A stretch of 64,000 bases of DNA from positions 86,862,001 to 86,926,000 of the forward strand of contig OZ024742.1 in NCBI GenBank assembly GCA_964016885.1, given 5' to 3'. The notes below the pieces were generated by a model, which saw nothing but the letters and a program-made list of their open reading frames with translations, had not been told where the DNA came from and searched no databases. How positions within the stretch are numbered: the stretch's first letter is position 1; each line of letters opens with the position of its first letter. The stretch comes from Eledone cirrhosa (taxonomy: Eukaryota). The position numbers were made by a program, and so were the translations under genes. This document shows positions 1 through 13,879 of the stretch, piece after piece.

Positions 1-54
1 CCATACCGAGAAATATTGTTTCACATTAACTGATCCTCAGCACGTAATGCATTA

Positions 55-92
55 CAAGCTGATGATCCGCAAAGGTAATACAATTGTTCTCG
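55..92 (+). ncRNA. Degenerate minimal hammerhead ribozyme in a fold-back element
   Basis: caag-CTGATGA-tccgcaaaggt-AATA-CAATTG-TT-ctcg. The inverted arm at 1-23 retains GAAA (reverse complement gtGAAAcaatatttctcgg). Confidence 0.5.
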
Positions 93-146
93 GTGTGGTG
101 AACTAACTGTTGTGTAACTAATTCTCTCGCTCTATATATATATATA

Positions 147-322
147 GATGTGAGAAAAACCTCCAACTCAACTCTACTTTTGAAAAGCAGAAGAATTGCG
201 AAACCGGTAAAGAAACCAAATAAATATATATATATATTTTAAAATAAGACTCCAGTTGCATTTTCGATTTCATCTTTTTGTCTTTATACGTTCACTCAGT
301 TAGGACACCTCGGTTACTTTCT

Positions 323-325
<3 letters not shown>
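147..325 (+). mobile_element. Short non-coding HHR element, family A (about 180-215 bp, TA-flanked)
   Basis: Homologous copies at 27541-27735(-), 32922-33070(-), 33072-33285(+) and rearranged at 44723-44850. Starts gatgtgagaaaa and ends ctttctaa(ta)n. Confidence 0.8.
177..212 (+). ncRNA. Minimal type I hammerhead, U3-A8 core variant (family A)
   Basis: ctt-TTGAAAA-gcag aagaa ttgc-GAAA-CCGG-TA-aag; palindromic stem III ACCGGT. Confidence 0.7.
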
Positions 326-384
<59 letters not shown>

Positions 385-443
385 AAATGCTCTGATGCCA
401 TCAACACTATCAACACAGAGCTGGCATATCTAGGAACTGACTA

Positions 444-499
444 ACTGCATGATGAGGTCATAGCCATTGAATGGCTATCATCGAAATATATATGGCAGT
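444..499 (+). ncRNA. Mutated minimal hammerhead in a ~160 bp TA-flanked insert (383-545)
   Basis: actgc-ATGATGA-ggtcatagccat tga atggctatcatc-GAAA-tatata-TG-gcagt; C3A and G at position 17. Confidence 0.65.
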
Positions 500-542
500 G
501 AATAAAGGATTATGAGTCCATGCAATTGACTTATGTTTCGTC

Positions 543-572
<30 letters not shown>

Positions 573-574
<2 letters not shown>

Positions 575-778
575 ACGAAGGAAGTTTGCAAGGAACCAGG
601 TCTATCATAACGCACCAGAGAACTCGATGCTTTGGGTAGTAGAGTGGGTAATAGGAAAAGTTTCAAGATCCCGACGGGAGAGCTCAAACCGTTTCGACAG
701 CTATTGCTGGACTATTTCTGGATTCCAGAAATACCCGTCAAAAGGGCTTGAGCTCTGCCATCGGGGTCCTGAACCTAT
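573..778. mobile_element. Fold-back pLTR-end fragment, family F
   Basis: Imperfect inverted repeat at 650-778. Homologous to 39278-39478, 8556-8650 and 48572-48722. Confidence 0.65.
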
Positions 779-1149
779 ATATATATATACACTAAGTTCC
801 TTCCAGTGTTGTCTTTTTAAAGAGCACTTTCAAAAGGTTCACACGAGTGTATAGCAGGTCTATTTTCATATGTAAATAACTTCTACAGTACGTGAACGTT
901 TTTATTCGTAGATCTTTCGGATATCTCTGATGATTTCGAACGTATGATACCTTCTTATTCCTTTATAGGTGATTTTTATATGTACTAAAGTTATGCGAGT
1001 ATGTGTGTGTCGAGAATCATATATTAATATATGCTTTAAAATATGGGCTACCGTTTTTTATTAGGTGTTTATTTTTACTATCCAATTTTTTTTTTTCATT
1101 TAGAAATTTTTATACACAAATATCGTGTAAAATATCACAAACAATAACA

Positions 1150-1430
1150 ACATGCCTCTTGGCAAACTGTAAATTTTAGTTTCCATAATTTAGGGGCGTA
1201 ATTGTTATCAATTCATATAAGATATCCTGTAGGAATTTAAACTAAAAAATAAAATGATTTCCTCCATAAATAATGTGTGAAATGATTTCAATTCTAAAGT
1301 GTTTACTATAATGAAGGGAAGGAAAATCAATACTACACCGTGAAACTATTATTAAAGTATTTAATAATAGAAAGCTCAATGCCGTATCCACAGGCTCTGT
1401 ATCATTGGTGCCTTAAATATAAAACTTACA
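1150..1430 (-). pseudogene. Possible decayed 7TM segment of a GRL101-like GPCR
   Basis: Manual translation ...HFTHYLWRKSFYF...TGYL resembles the HDxxWRxSxxC..AGFL loop. Many stops and frameshifts. Confidence 0.25.
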
Positions 1431-1598
1431 TTCAATTATTTCCGCATATACATTTTTTTTATCTATCTTATTAAGCTGCGTACTCTTCGCAACTAAAATA
1501 TATGTATGTATGAAATATCACACATACTTCACTAGATATAGACACAAGTGCATGTCGACACAAATACACAAGTCTTTCTTTGTGTCCTTCTGTGTGGT

Positions 1599-1644
<46 letters not shown>

Positions 1645-1761
1645 AGCGGATTTACCCGACGTTGCCCGGGGTTTGAAATTATGCTAAGAATATACAGCTA
1701 GGAAGTAAAAGAAGAAAATTATTTGTCCCCAACCTGTCAAATTAAGCAGAAATCTTCAATA

Positions 1762-1980
1762 AATAATTGTCTCTACTTTTGGCACAAGACCAGCAATTAC
1801 CCAGTGCATTACTGGTACTTTAAATAATAGTTTCTACTTTAGGCACAAGCCCAGCAATTAGCTAGTGCATTACTGGTACTTTATTTTATCGACCCCGTAA
1901 AGATGAAAGGCAAAGTCAACCTGCGTGGGATTTGAACTCAGATCGTAAAGGGACGTAGCTATGCTGGAAAGCATGGCGAC
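1762..1980 (-). mobile_element. 5'-truncated tRNA-derived SINE with duplicated 3' tail, inside the Helitron
   Basis: B-box gagttcaaatccc on the minus strand; central gttgactttgcctttcatc..ggggtcgataaaat domain; absent from Helitron copy 2. Confidence 0.85.
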
Positions 1981-2295
1981 TATGTTGATAATGAAGGAAA
2001 ACACTGAACAGGATGCAGTTATACAAATGATTGAAGACAATACACGTTGCAAATCTGTAAAAAAACAGGCAGTTTTACTAAAGTAGAAAAAGTTGTAATG
2101 ACAGCAGAGTTGTATACAAACCAAAAAACAATGAGAGTAGAATAAGAGAAAATCTATTCTTTGAAATAATCCCTTGCTCTGCATGATTACATTTTGAACT
2201 TATAATCCAAAATATCCTGCATGACATACATTGGTATGTTTTGTAATGAGTAAGGTGAAGTAAACGCAGAGCTGTAATAAGTATTTTTGTTAACA

Positions 2296-3090
2296 CTAAA
2301 GCACTTCAGGATAGACGATATTCTTTGTTTTTCTTTTCGGAACAAACGCAGGCAAGTAGAATTGTCCGTGCGAAAAGCAAGGTTCATCCAAGTGAATTCC
2401 AGCCACGGACAGAGTTTGATCTTGCGACTTGTTTATGGACATCGTAAAGGTAACACGAAGGGGAAATTGCGTTCGGCGATAGAAGAAGGGACTATCCACG
2501 CTTGATGTAGTCAGGCTAATTTTTATTATTATCACATCCTCGCCTTTTCGACATCCGGATAGAATGGTGGCGTCAATACTAAGTGGAGACAGTTTTTTAA
2601 TCGCCAGGCTTGTACCATTGCATAGTTTTGGAAGAGTGATATTTCTCACAAAATAATTGGTGTTCCCTCTTTCAGAACCAATGTATTAGGGGGCAAACCG
2701 GGAGGATTTAAAGAATTTAGAAATTCAACTGGATAATTGACCGCATCCTGTGGATCACATACAGTATCAATGGATTTATATATCCGTGGACATCCATGAA
2801 GAAGCTGAAGAAGCTGATCGTTAATACAGCTAACCGTGATCTTTTTGGGTGCAAGAATGGTTCTTTCCCATAGCCAATTAAGATTCGTATAGTTATCGCG
2901 AAAGTTCGCGAATACACTCGCCTTGAAATCATCGATAGTTTCAACTACATTGCAGATGTGATCAATTACTATGTGTCCATCTGTATCCGTGGGGAAGGTT
3001 ACCATCTCCTATTGTAAGAATGTCTCCAGAAAATGTTGATGACAGAGGGTCCCCATGCAATCTTGCACACATGTCGGTAGTTAGTCTTAA
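2296..3090 (-). pseudogene. Helitron PIF1-like helicase C-terminal half, frameshifted
   Basis: YPVEFLNSLNPPGLPP, LCNGT, QFPLRVTFTMSINKSQDQTL, CFSHGQFY, NIVYPEVL. Confidence 0.93.
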
Positions 3091-3098
3091 GTGGCTCT

Positions 3099-3830
3099 TC
3101 AGTAGGCAGCGGTTGCAGTGATCCAATGAGTTGATCCACCTGGCATAAATCCCTCTTCCTTCAGACGTTTTGGACCGAAAGAAGTCATTTGAAACGCAAT
3201 GTTGTTCTCTCGGATATGCTTAAGAAAATCACGTGATTGTGAATGCTTAACTGTTTGAAGCATCTGGAGAGGTTGCGGTGGTTCCCTAAGGGTGGGCAAA
3301 TTAACCTTACCAATGGAGCAGAAGAATCCAGCCGATTATCCCGCCCACTTTTTAGCTTTACAATGTTGTATTTGACATGGCATATATTTGAATACCAGGA
3401 TGAATTTGATCATTTACATTAGAGTCATAATTAACTGCCTTAAGATACCATCGTGAGCGTAATGCCTTTGAAATACCCCGCGATAATGCTCTACATTGAT
3501 CGTTACCTTCCAGCCGATTAGCTCGACTTCTCTAGAGTCTGTACACCTCGTGCCGTAGCAGTAACTGAAGCATTTCTCAATTGGCGACTTTGACATTCTT
3601 GCTCAGTCTTAATTGCTCTTGCTGCAGCATTAGCTGAAGCATTACACACACGGCGTGTTTCATATTTTTGTACTCTCTCTGCAGATCTTGCTGCAGCAGT
3701 AGCTGTAGCATCCATAGCAAGGCGTGTTTCACGTTGCTCTGTAGTCTCTCCAGCTCATGCTGCAGCAATTCCTTCAGCATTATTGGTTCGCCGAACTAAC
3801 CGACGCTCAGCGGCGGACAAAGCTATTGCA
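3099..3830 (-). pseudogene. Helitron RepHel N-terminal region (helical repeats, Cys cluster, AFQMTSFG)
   Basis: LPTLREPPQPL...FLKHIRENNIAFQMTSFG, preceded by Ala/Arg/Glu-rich repeats typical of Helitron N-termini. Confidence 0.8.
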
Positions 3831-4817
3831 ATAACTGTACTCACCGCATTTTTGTGATTGTCTATTTTCGGTTATCGGCGGAGCGTCATTTACACGTATT
3901 GTTTTCTTCGACCGAGAGGTCAAAGTTCGAGAGCCAATATGTGCATACTTTCTTTTCATTTGGTGAAACATTGTAAAGTCAAAATATATGAATTGAAGCG
4001 TTACAGTAAAATTAAAAATATACTGGCAAAACTTAAAACATCCTTTGAATAACTACATCCTGTTCATTATGTTCCTTCATTTGTCAATAAATATTGATGT
4101 GTACGAATAAGCTGGAAGCATAGATAATGCCTGATTCAAATGTGGACGAAGTTACTTTAACAATGTAAAAGTTGTAGGTCGCAATGATTTGAATGGAAAG
4201 TCCCATAAGGATTGTTCTAAAAATAAACAACCATCATCAAAATCTCGACAATTCGAGACTTCTGCGAGATTAGGCCCTTACCGCGAAAATTAACACTTAA
4301 TATAGTGAAACAAGTTAAAACAAAAGTGTTTTTTTTAACTTTGAAAGTGCAACACATTCCTTTTTATATCAACGTGACTTATGAAAGTAGCGATACCGAC
4401 TTTGGAGGTTTTACAGACGACGACATTCAGAATAAATAAGAAATAAACAATAATATTAGTGAGTTATCTTCAAATGAATCTGATGTTTATATTTCTGAAA
4501 TTTCGTCCAACGATGATTGTTGTTTTGAAAGTGAAAACGAAGGTCTCCATATCTCCCCTCTCTCACTCTCTTTATAAGGATTGTCAATAAAGTTTGTTAT
4601 CTCCCTTACATCATGCACTTTAGAAAAAATAATTTTTGCTATCGATAGATTTACTATCGATTTGTTATTGCTCAACGTGGATCGATTTGAAAAAATGTTT
4701 GTGATGTGACCATCTTAGCGATAGGTGCAACGTGCACAGAAAATTTGGTCAAATTCGGTTGGGAATTATAAAAGCCTTAGGTATTCACATTTGTACACAG
4801 ACACACACACACATCCT

Positions 4818-4877
<60 letters not shown>

Positions 4878-4939
4878 CAATGTATTTGATATGAAATCGT
4901 GTCGAAACAAATATATTATTATATATATAATTATGGTGC

Positions 4940-5850
4940 ATTTCGACATTTAAATGTGGCTCGTCAACAATAGCTATATATTCTAAATATATTTCGGTGA
5001 AATATTATTTGGTCCAATAACATTGACTTATATTGTGCATTGACCTCTATAAACACGACACCTTTCAAGGATCTGTTTGATCAATACTATACAATTTCTT
5101 AAACTGAACATATGGAATATATTTTAAAATACGATTTTACGAGATTTCTTTCTATGATATTAGTGACACACTACATCTTTTACTGTTATTTACCTTCCAA
5201 GTTAAAATTCATCTTGTGTAAATATTGATGAAAGTTTCATTGTAGAATTGTCACATGAGTAGTTTCCCTGCCTATCAAAATATTTAGGTATATTGTAGGT
5301 AAGTTTTACTTCTTTTCACAGTACTTTCTATGAAATATTTATCTATAAAGATTTAAATAACACTTAGTTAATATCAATATTAAATTCAAGAGCATACACT
5401 TTATGTTCTTCACATAGAGTATTTAATAAATGATTTCTCTTAAAATGAGTCATGCTTCACATGATCTTCCATTATAGATTGTTATTTGTAGCGTAAAAGG
5501 AATGTGAAATTTAATAGAAAACGTCAAGGGACCCAGGAATTGTCTTTAATGTTCTACATTTGCATTTATCCTGAAAGGAATATTATTTGAGAACAGTATT
5601 AGGAACCGTGAAAATGATAATGTATTATTTATATAAAATATTATTTAAAAGAGATAGTATAAGTTGGTGTGGGTATTTTATATTATCATCAAATTGATGT
5701 ATAGAATAACAGAACTTTAGTGATATATCCCTTGTGAATATGAAGCGTTGCCTGGCATTCAGTATTAAACGAATTATTGTTGAAATACAAATGGATAGTA
5801 AACAGATGTAGGAATGCATGCATTTGTTAATGAAATCTTTTTCGCTGATA
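4940..5850 (-). pseudogene. Decayed LDLa/LRR segment of a GRL101-like receptor
   Basis: KCMHSYICLLSIC and FCYSIHQFDDNIKYPH (LDLa-like). After ttcag: DKCKCRTLKTIP (LRR N-cap-like). Distal YSYC*RA resembles the post-LRR FCC motif. Confidence 0.4.
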
Positions 5851-6359
5851 AAACGTCTAGCGCATGTATATTAATTGTATTTGTTGGTTCAAGTAGCGAT
5901 TCTTTAATGTCATAAAAGTCATTGACATTTTATAAAAAAGAGTAATTTAGCACCATCTAAAGAAACGAACCACACTACTAACGGGAATAGAAAAAGGAGA
6001 AAAAAGTAAAGAAAGATCATGCGGCGAAATAAAAGGGAGAGGGGGACTGTCACTGCATCGCAGTTTGAGCTCTGCCTCAGCCGCCATAAAGGGACAAACA
6101 GCAAAAGAGTTATGTTGGAGAATGTCCAGATACACTCGTTACAACAGCCATCACACCTCATGAGGCTCCGTTCTCAATCGGACAGTCGTCTTTCTTGCAA
6201 TATGAAGTGACGATTGTTACTGCAAACACAATAGTGTATTGATTTGATAATTGTGTGATTTAGTGTAGGGAAAATAATATAATTATTCTTCAGTTTAATG
6301 GTTTTGTTTTATCTAGAATGATGTACATTGATGATGCTGTAAATATAATGGTTTTTGAT

Positions 6360-6600
6360 TTAAACACAAGGCGAGCGATTTTGAGAGGAGGGGGAAAGTC
6401 GATTAAATAATGCTAAGTCGGTTACTGGAACATGATTTTCTAGAGCCCATATGGATGAACGGCACTGATAACTTCGGCTGTATTTGAATTCAGAAGATAA
6501 AGGGACAGAACTTATTGCCACAAGTAATATTTTTGAACATTCCATTGATATTAACCAATCCACCGCCTTTGTTGTTGTACAAATAATACCGTTGAAGTAG
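6360..6600 (-). pseudogene. Possible decayed LDLa-like exon
   Basis: Open frame ...YQCRSS...DLALFNRLSP...C; weak resemblance only. Confidence 0.25.
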
Positions 6601-6934
6601 ACAAATATAATTTCTCATAATATCAAGATTCAACTATTTTAGGAAGGGAATAGTAGATGAAATCAGCCACAGTATATGCCTGCGTCTTATATATCACCGC
6701 CAAAAATATTTAAAGTGATTCAATATATAATGCGGTGCTTTTCTTCAGATTTCAAATCCTGCCAAGGTAAAAATTGCCTTTCCTCATGATTTATAGGATT
6801 TAACAACAGTTATGAGAGGTTGATTGGTGGAAGTGTTAGAGTGCAATCAATATATATCAGCGTGGCTTGGCATCAAACGTAGAAAAACCAAAACAGTATG
6901 TATGCATTTGTAATTAAACAGACCATACACGTGT

Positions 6935-7000
6935 ATGATGATGTTGATGAAGGTGACGGTGATGACTGCGATGGTGTTTGTGATGATGGTGATGATTGAC

Positions 7001-7065
<65 letters not shown>

Positions 7066-7080
7066 CGATGATGATGGTAA
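6935..7080 (+). repeat. (GAT)n microsatellite
   Basis: Pure run at about 6980-7075 with degenerate flanks; source of the poly-D/H/I ORFs. Confidence 0.97.
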
Positions 7081-7439
7081 GGACGAGGTTGGTGATCATG
7101 ATGAGATGCAAGATGAAGAAACAATGAAAGCTGTTCTTGTTTGAATTTAAATGCACAATACAATGCAACCTAATCAACTTACATAACATGTAATTGAGTC
7201 TCCCAAACAATATTGATAATCTGCCAAACTTATAGAAATATTAAAACAGGAATGAGACTACTATTCCAGGCTTTTGAATAGTGCATAAATACAGTCGGAT
7301 AATATAAATGTACCCAAGTATGTAATCAGAATCGATGTCACTCAGTTAAACGGATAGACATATTTGTTAATTTGCGTTTAGTTAAATTGATTTTATTAGT
7401 CTGCATTTATGTGTCAGATTCTTTTTTCGAACTCCACGA

Positions 7440-8150
7440 TATATTATGTTCTAAAGAATGAAGGAAAATAGAAATTAAAATAGTTAACCCTTCACATAAT
7501 GCAAAATGACTTGCCAACTCATTGTCCCTCATACATTTAAACATTGCGGTTGATAACCTACATATATTTTGGATTAGGGATCGTTAGACTGCAGTGCTAT
7601 TGATTCTGTGTCGTGGCATTTAGCTATAGGAATACTGGGCCTTCCAATGTATATGAAACACGATATGATCTCATATTATTGAATCTTTTTCCTCTGATTC
7701 CCAGCAGCTAGAAAAATTGAGGCAAGTGTCAGGCGTACTTTATATGGTATGAAATGAAGTATATTTGGCATTATATCAATAATAGAAACTCAACAGATAT
7801 TTAATACAGTAATGATGGCTTGTTGGCTCTTGATTCATTGATATATATTTATATAGACAACATAATAAAATAGATAGGTGCATTTAAAAATACAATTCAG
7901 CAATTTAGGGGTTATATTAGGAATATTTCTCTTTGATTATCATTGCACTCAACATATTCTGTAGATTTCACACAAAGATGTAAGTATATGTTATTCGTAT
8001 TTCAATAGGTAGATGCATTATTTCTTTCAATTGAAAACCAATACCTGGCTTCATTTTAAACTTTACCAAAACGCACTCTTTAACAGACAATTGTGCCAAA
8101 CGTCTCTCAAGAGATTATAAGCACCCGTGCAACATTCAATTATGAAAACC
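7440..8150 (-). pseudogene. Decayed C-type lectin end / LDLa segment
   Basis: MFKCMRDNELASHFALCEG (LDLa-like) and TSLCEI; ttttgcag acceptor near 8150. Confidence 0.35.
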
Positions 8151-8490
8151 TGCAAAATGTTTAAGAGGTTACTGATACATGTTTCAGTAATAAATAGAAT
8201 ACACTCCAAATAGCGACGAATATTTACATAATTTGTTTAGAAACATGTTTGTGATATATAAACACAACTACACATCTACAGAAAATACACACAAATATAT
8301 CTGGAATAAAATGATAAAAGAACAAATACCTATGTATGTAGGCGAGTATATTTCTCTATCTATATTTATGTGCGCATACTAGTCAACATACGTGTATTGA
8401 TTTGTGTAAATATCGCTAAGATAGCGCATAAATATATAGCACTCGTGAATGTGTATTGATATATCATACAACGAATCGTACATACGCATG

Positions 8491-8557
<67 letters not shown>

Positions 8558-8660
8558 CAAACAGGGTGTGGTAAGATACCAGGTGGATCATAACGAACCA
8601 GAGTACTGGATACTTGCGGTAGTAGAGTGGGTAATAAGAATCTGTTCATATATATATATG

Positions 8661-9165
8661 GATGTATATATAGTGTATTTTGCAATACACTCCCTGCTTA
8701 ATTAAAAGCATTTTGAAGACCTCACGCTATTGTTTCAAAGTAGTGACTATGTCACTTACTTCTACCAACAGTAAAAAACAGACCTGTCAGCTTATCTCCC
8801 CTTTGTTTGCTAAAAATAGAAGTAAGTGGCATACTCACTACTTTGAAACAATAGCGTAAGGTCTTCAAAATGCTTTTAATTAAGCATACAGTGTATTGCA
8901 AAATACACTATATATACATATCGCTATTTCAGAGCACCAATTCTAATTTTCAATTGTTGCTGGACCGACAAGCGCTCTTTATAATCAGTTCCTGATTATT
9001 ACTGGAATTATATATGAATCCAACATTCATAATTTTCAGCAAACAGAAGGAGTGCTAGGCTTTGATAATTACCAACAGTACGAAACAGCGCTCTGTCAGC
9101 TTATCTCCCCTTGTTTGCCGAAAAGAGAAGTAACTGCCATAGTCACTACTTTGAAACAATTAGAC
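8661..9165 (+). mobile_element. Non-coding HHR element: inverted 5' arm plus ~1.3 tandem units of ~305 bp
   Basis: Arms 8661-8764 / 8817-8919 are inverted. accaacagta...ctgtcagcttatctcccc occurs at 8764 and 9071. Confidence 0.75.
8987..9101 (+). ncRNA. Mutated hammerhead with extended stem II
   Basis: CTGATTA-ttactg...cagtac-GAAA-CAG cgct CTG-TC-agct. Confidence 0.55.
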
Positions 9166-9268
9166 ATATATGTATATATATATATATATAAACAGAATAT
9201 AATTGCGTACAGTAAATATAAGTGTAAAAAACCCATAAATATACCATCAACATATGAAACCAACCATA

Positions 9269-10989
9269 TCTTTATATATATAAAAGCGAGGATGTGTGTG
9301 TGTCTGTGTACAATTGTTCATGCTTAAGGCTTTCACAATTACCAACTGAATTTGACCAGATTTTCTGTGCATGTTGCACAGGTCGCTAAGATTGTCACAT
9401 CATAAACATATTTTAAATCGACCCAGGTTAAGCAATAACAAATCGATATCAAATTTAGCGGTAGAAATATTGATGTAAGGGATATAACAAACTTTATTGA
9501 CAATCCTTATGAAAAGGGAGATAATATTTGCAAGACAAACGGGATTGCAGTGATGTTATGTGGGGTGTCACCCTTCTGCTATGAGGAGACTTCAGACAGA
9601 CTCTTCCTATAATACCGAAAGGATCAAGAGCAGATACGGTAAATGCATGTTTTAAGTCTTCACAATTGTGGCGACAAATGACATCATTAAGACTAACTAC
9701 CAACATTCGTGCAAGGTTGCATGGGGACCCTATTTCTACAACATTTTATGTAGACATTGTTACAATAGGAGATGGTAACCTACCTCCGGATACATATGGA
9801 CACATAGGAATTGATCACATCTGCAATGTAGTTGAAACTGTCGATGATCTCAAGGCGAGTGTATTCCTGAACCTGCGTGAGACCTACACGAATCTTGATT
9901 GGTTATGCGAAAGAACGATTCTGACACCCCAAAATATCACGGTTAGCTCTATTAAAGTGCAGCTTCTTCAGCTTCTTCCTGGATGTCCATGGATATATAA
10001 ATATATTGATACTGTATGTCAACCACAGGATGCGGTCAATTATCCAGTTGAATTTCTAAATTCTTTAAATCCTCCTGGTTTACCTCCTAATACATTGGTT
10101 CTAAAAGAAGGAACAACAGATATTTTGCTGAGAAATTATCACTCCTCCAAAACTATGCAATGGTACACGCCTTGTGGTTCAAAAACTGTCTCCACTTAGT
10201 ATTGACGCTACCATTCTATCCGGATGTGGAAAAGGCGAGGATGTGTTAATAACAAAAATTATCCAAACTACATCAGGCGTGTATACGCCCTTCTCCTTTC
10301 GCCGCCCCAATTTCCCCTTCGTGTTGCCTTTGCGATGTCCATAAACAAGTCGCAAGATCAAACTCTGTCCGTCGCTGGAATTCGCTTGGATGAACCTTGC
10401 TTTTCGCACGGACAATTCTACGTTGCCTGCTCACGAGTTGGCAGTCGAGATAATCTCTTCGTTTGTTCCGAAAAGAAAAACAAAAATATCGTCTATCCTG
10501 AAGTGCTTTAGGATTAACAAAAAAACGTATTACAGCTCTGTCTTGACTTCACCTTACTCATTACAAAACATACATTGAATATGTCATGCAGGATATTTTC
10601 GATTATAAGTTAAAATTTAACCATACACAGCAAAGGATGCTCTCAAAGAATAGACTTTATCTTATTCTACTCTCATTGTTTTTTGTTTGTATACAACTCT
10701 GCTTTCATTACAACTTTCCGTACTTTAGCAAAACTGCCTGTTTTTTTACAGATTTGCAACGTGTATTGTATTTAATCATTTGTATAAATACATCCTGTTC
10801 AGTGTTTTCCTTCATAATCAGCATAGTTTTATGTATACAAAGATTGCACTAAATATTCATTTGCATTAATTATTGAAAACATCTGCTTATTTTGACAGGT
10901 TGGGGCCAAATAATGTTCTTCTTTTACTTCCTAGATGTATATTCTTAGCATCATTTGAAACCCCGAGCAACGCCTGGAAAATCTGCTAG
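9269..10989 (+). mobile_element. Internally deleted Helitron, copy 2
   Basis: 5' TC, 3' hairpin ccgagcaacgcctgg plus CTAG, inserted between A and T; PIF1 remnant. Confidence 0.93.
9500..10511 (+). pseudogene. Helitron PIF1-like helicase fragment
   Basis: GDFRQTLPII, LTTNIR, YPVEFLNSL, QFPLRVAFAMSINKSQ, HGQFYVACSRV; frameshifted. Confidence 0.93.
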
Positions 10990-11066
10990 TTAATACTAAA
11001 GAAAACCTAAACTAACCACCTTCTTCTGCACGTATAATAGGTGGTCCCGTAAACACCACACCAACT

Positions 11067-11672
11067 TTGACTAATAATCTCCAAAATAAACAGAGTTCTA
11101 CTAGCTCCACATCCCCTAAACTATCACCAACCTACAACCTCTCTAACGATACTAATCTAATTACAACCCGTTCTAAACCATACATTAATGAAAATAGTAA
11201 CACTAATACCACTATAGATAACACAATTAACTCTCCTGACACAATATTTACGAATGGCTGTAACTGTAGAATCAAAAGAAATTGCCCAATAAAGGGAAAT
11301 TGTCTTATTAATAATATAGTCTATACATGTGTAGTTAGCAATAAGGACTCCACTCAATCCTATATAGGAGCTAAGTCTAATAAATTTAAATTAAGGTTTA
11401 ACACCTACAAATATAGTTTTTAAAATGCCGCATTAGCTAATACAACCTCCTTGGCTGAAGCAATTAATAATTATAGAAAGAAGGATATTGGTTATAATCT
11501 GACCTGGAGCGAGCTCAAAAGGGCCACTCCTTATCAAAATCGTAGATATGAGTGTAGGTTATACTCCCAAGAACTATTTGAAATCATGAAATCTGATGAT
11601 ATCCTATTAAATAAGGCACAGGAGTTATTTATCTCATACAATCATAGAATTAGAAAAAACCTACAAATATAA
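11067..11672 (+). pseudogene. PLE GIY-YIG endonuclease remnant
   Basis: CNCRIKRNCPIKGNCLINNIVY...SYIG...FKLRF, LLNKAQEL; in-frame stop. Confidence 0.9.
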
Positions 11673-12381
11673 CCTTAATTAATATATACCTCACTCTTAT
11701 ATTTTACAAATTATTATAATTTTTTTTATTTAGTTTACTTATAATTTAATATTTACTACAAATAATTACATAACTTTATTTCCCTCTTGCAGCTCACTTT
11801 ACCTTAAGTTATCTTTAACCTCACTACTTATTTTAACCGCATCCCCTATCTATCGCATTTAATACCTCGGGTTAGTATATATAATTAATATCTCTAATAT
11901 TACGGTTGTTTAAATAGATATGCTACTTTTTGCAAAATTTTATTTATTTTAGTCTTTCTATATATATTTTTCATTATTTTTTTTTTATTTCTTTTACTTC
12001 TTTATTTATCACATCCATAATAAGAATTAATATAATTTTAACTCTGTATGTATACCTACCAATTAATATAATTTCCTTTTATGTATCTAGGATCCTTGAA
12101 ATTTAAACAGGAGTAGTATCTCTCACTAACACATCTCATCCCACATAAAATCATTTTCCCTATGCTTTTAAAAACATTCTTTACTAGCATCAAACTTGAC
12201 CTCATTTTAACCCCTTCCCTTCTCTTCCCCATTATTTTCATTCAAAGCATACATTTTACATTCCTCCACTCCTAGCATAAAATGTCTACTGCGGTTATTT
12301 TATCAACTTGATCTCTAACTTTTCTATTGGTCAATTCAAAACCTGATCCCAAACAGACTTTCTTTCAATAACATACTACAA

Positions 12382-12517
12382 CATTTCTGAAGATGGCATA
12401 TATAAGTGAAGGTATGTATATCGCCTCTGATAATTTGTAATATTTTTTTTACATAGGTCTTTAATATGGTATACATACCAACATACACATATATATCCCA
12501 GAAACGATCGTAAAATG
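12382..12517 (+). ncRNA. Type I hammerhead with ~107-nt stem II domain
   Basis: cattt-CTGAAGA-tggcatatata...tatatatccca-GAAA-CGATCG-TA-aaatg. Confidence 0.85.
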
Positions 12518-12713
12518 ATTTTTTTTAATATAAGGAAGCTTTTCTTTGTTTTTATTTCATTGTTTTTATTCGTTTATCTTGACTCTCTTTCCCTATAATT
12601 TGTATCGTTAACTTTTGAATGTATTCTCTCTTTTCATGATATCCTCTATATTTTGATTACATAAAGTTCTTCATACGGATTGGACACTACCGTTTATATT
12701 GGTAGATTTATCT

Positions 12714-13697
<984 letters not shown>

Positions 13698-13698
13698 A

Positions 13699-13729
<31 letters not shown>

Positions 13730-13798
13730 CATATATACATGCATATGTATGGAAACACAAACAAACAAACGCACACAAACATACACACACACACACAT

Positions 13799-13853
<55 letters not shown>

Positions 13854-13879
13854 GTTAAAAGAATAGAGGTGTAACACAC

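Larger units (their letters stand above)
1643..4830 (-). mobile_element. Internally deleted Helitron, copy 1
   Basis: 3' hairpin cccgggcaacgtcggg plus CTTG end at 1643. The 5' end (gcgaggatgtgtgtg) matches copy 2. Carries PIF1 and Rep N-terminal fragments. Confidence 0.9.

Noticed and set aside
920-960. CTGATGA words at ~927, ~31390 and ~48977
   Set aside because: No downstream stem II-GAAA-stem III-UH arrangement.
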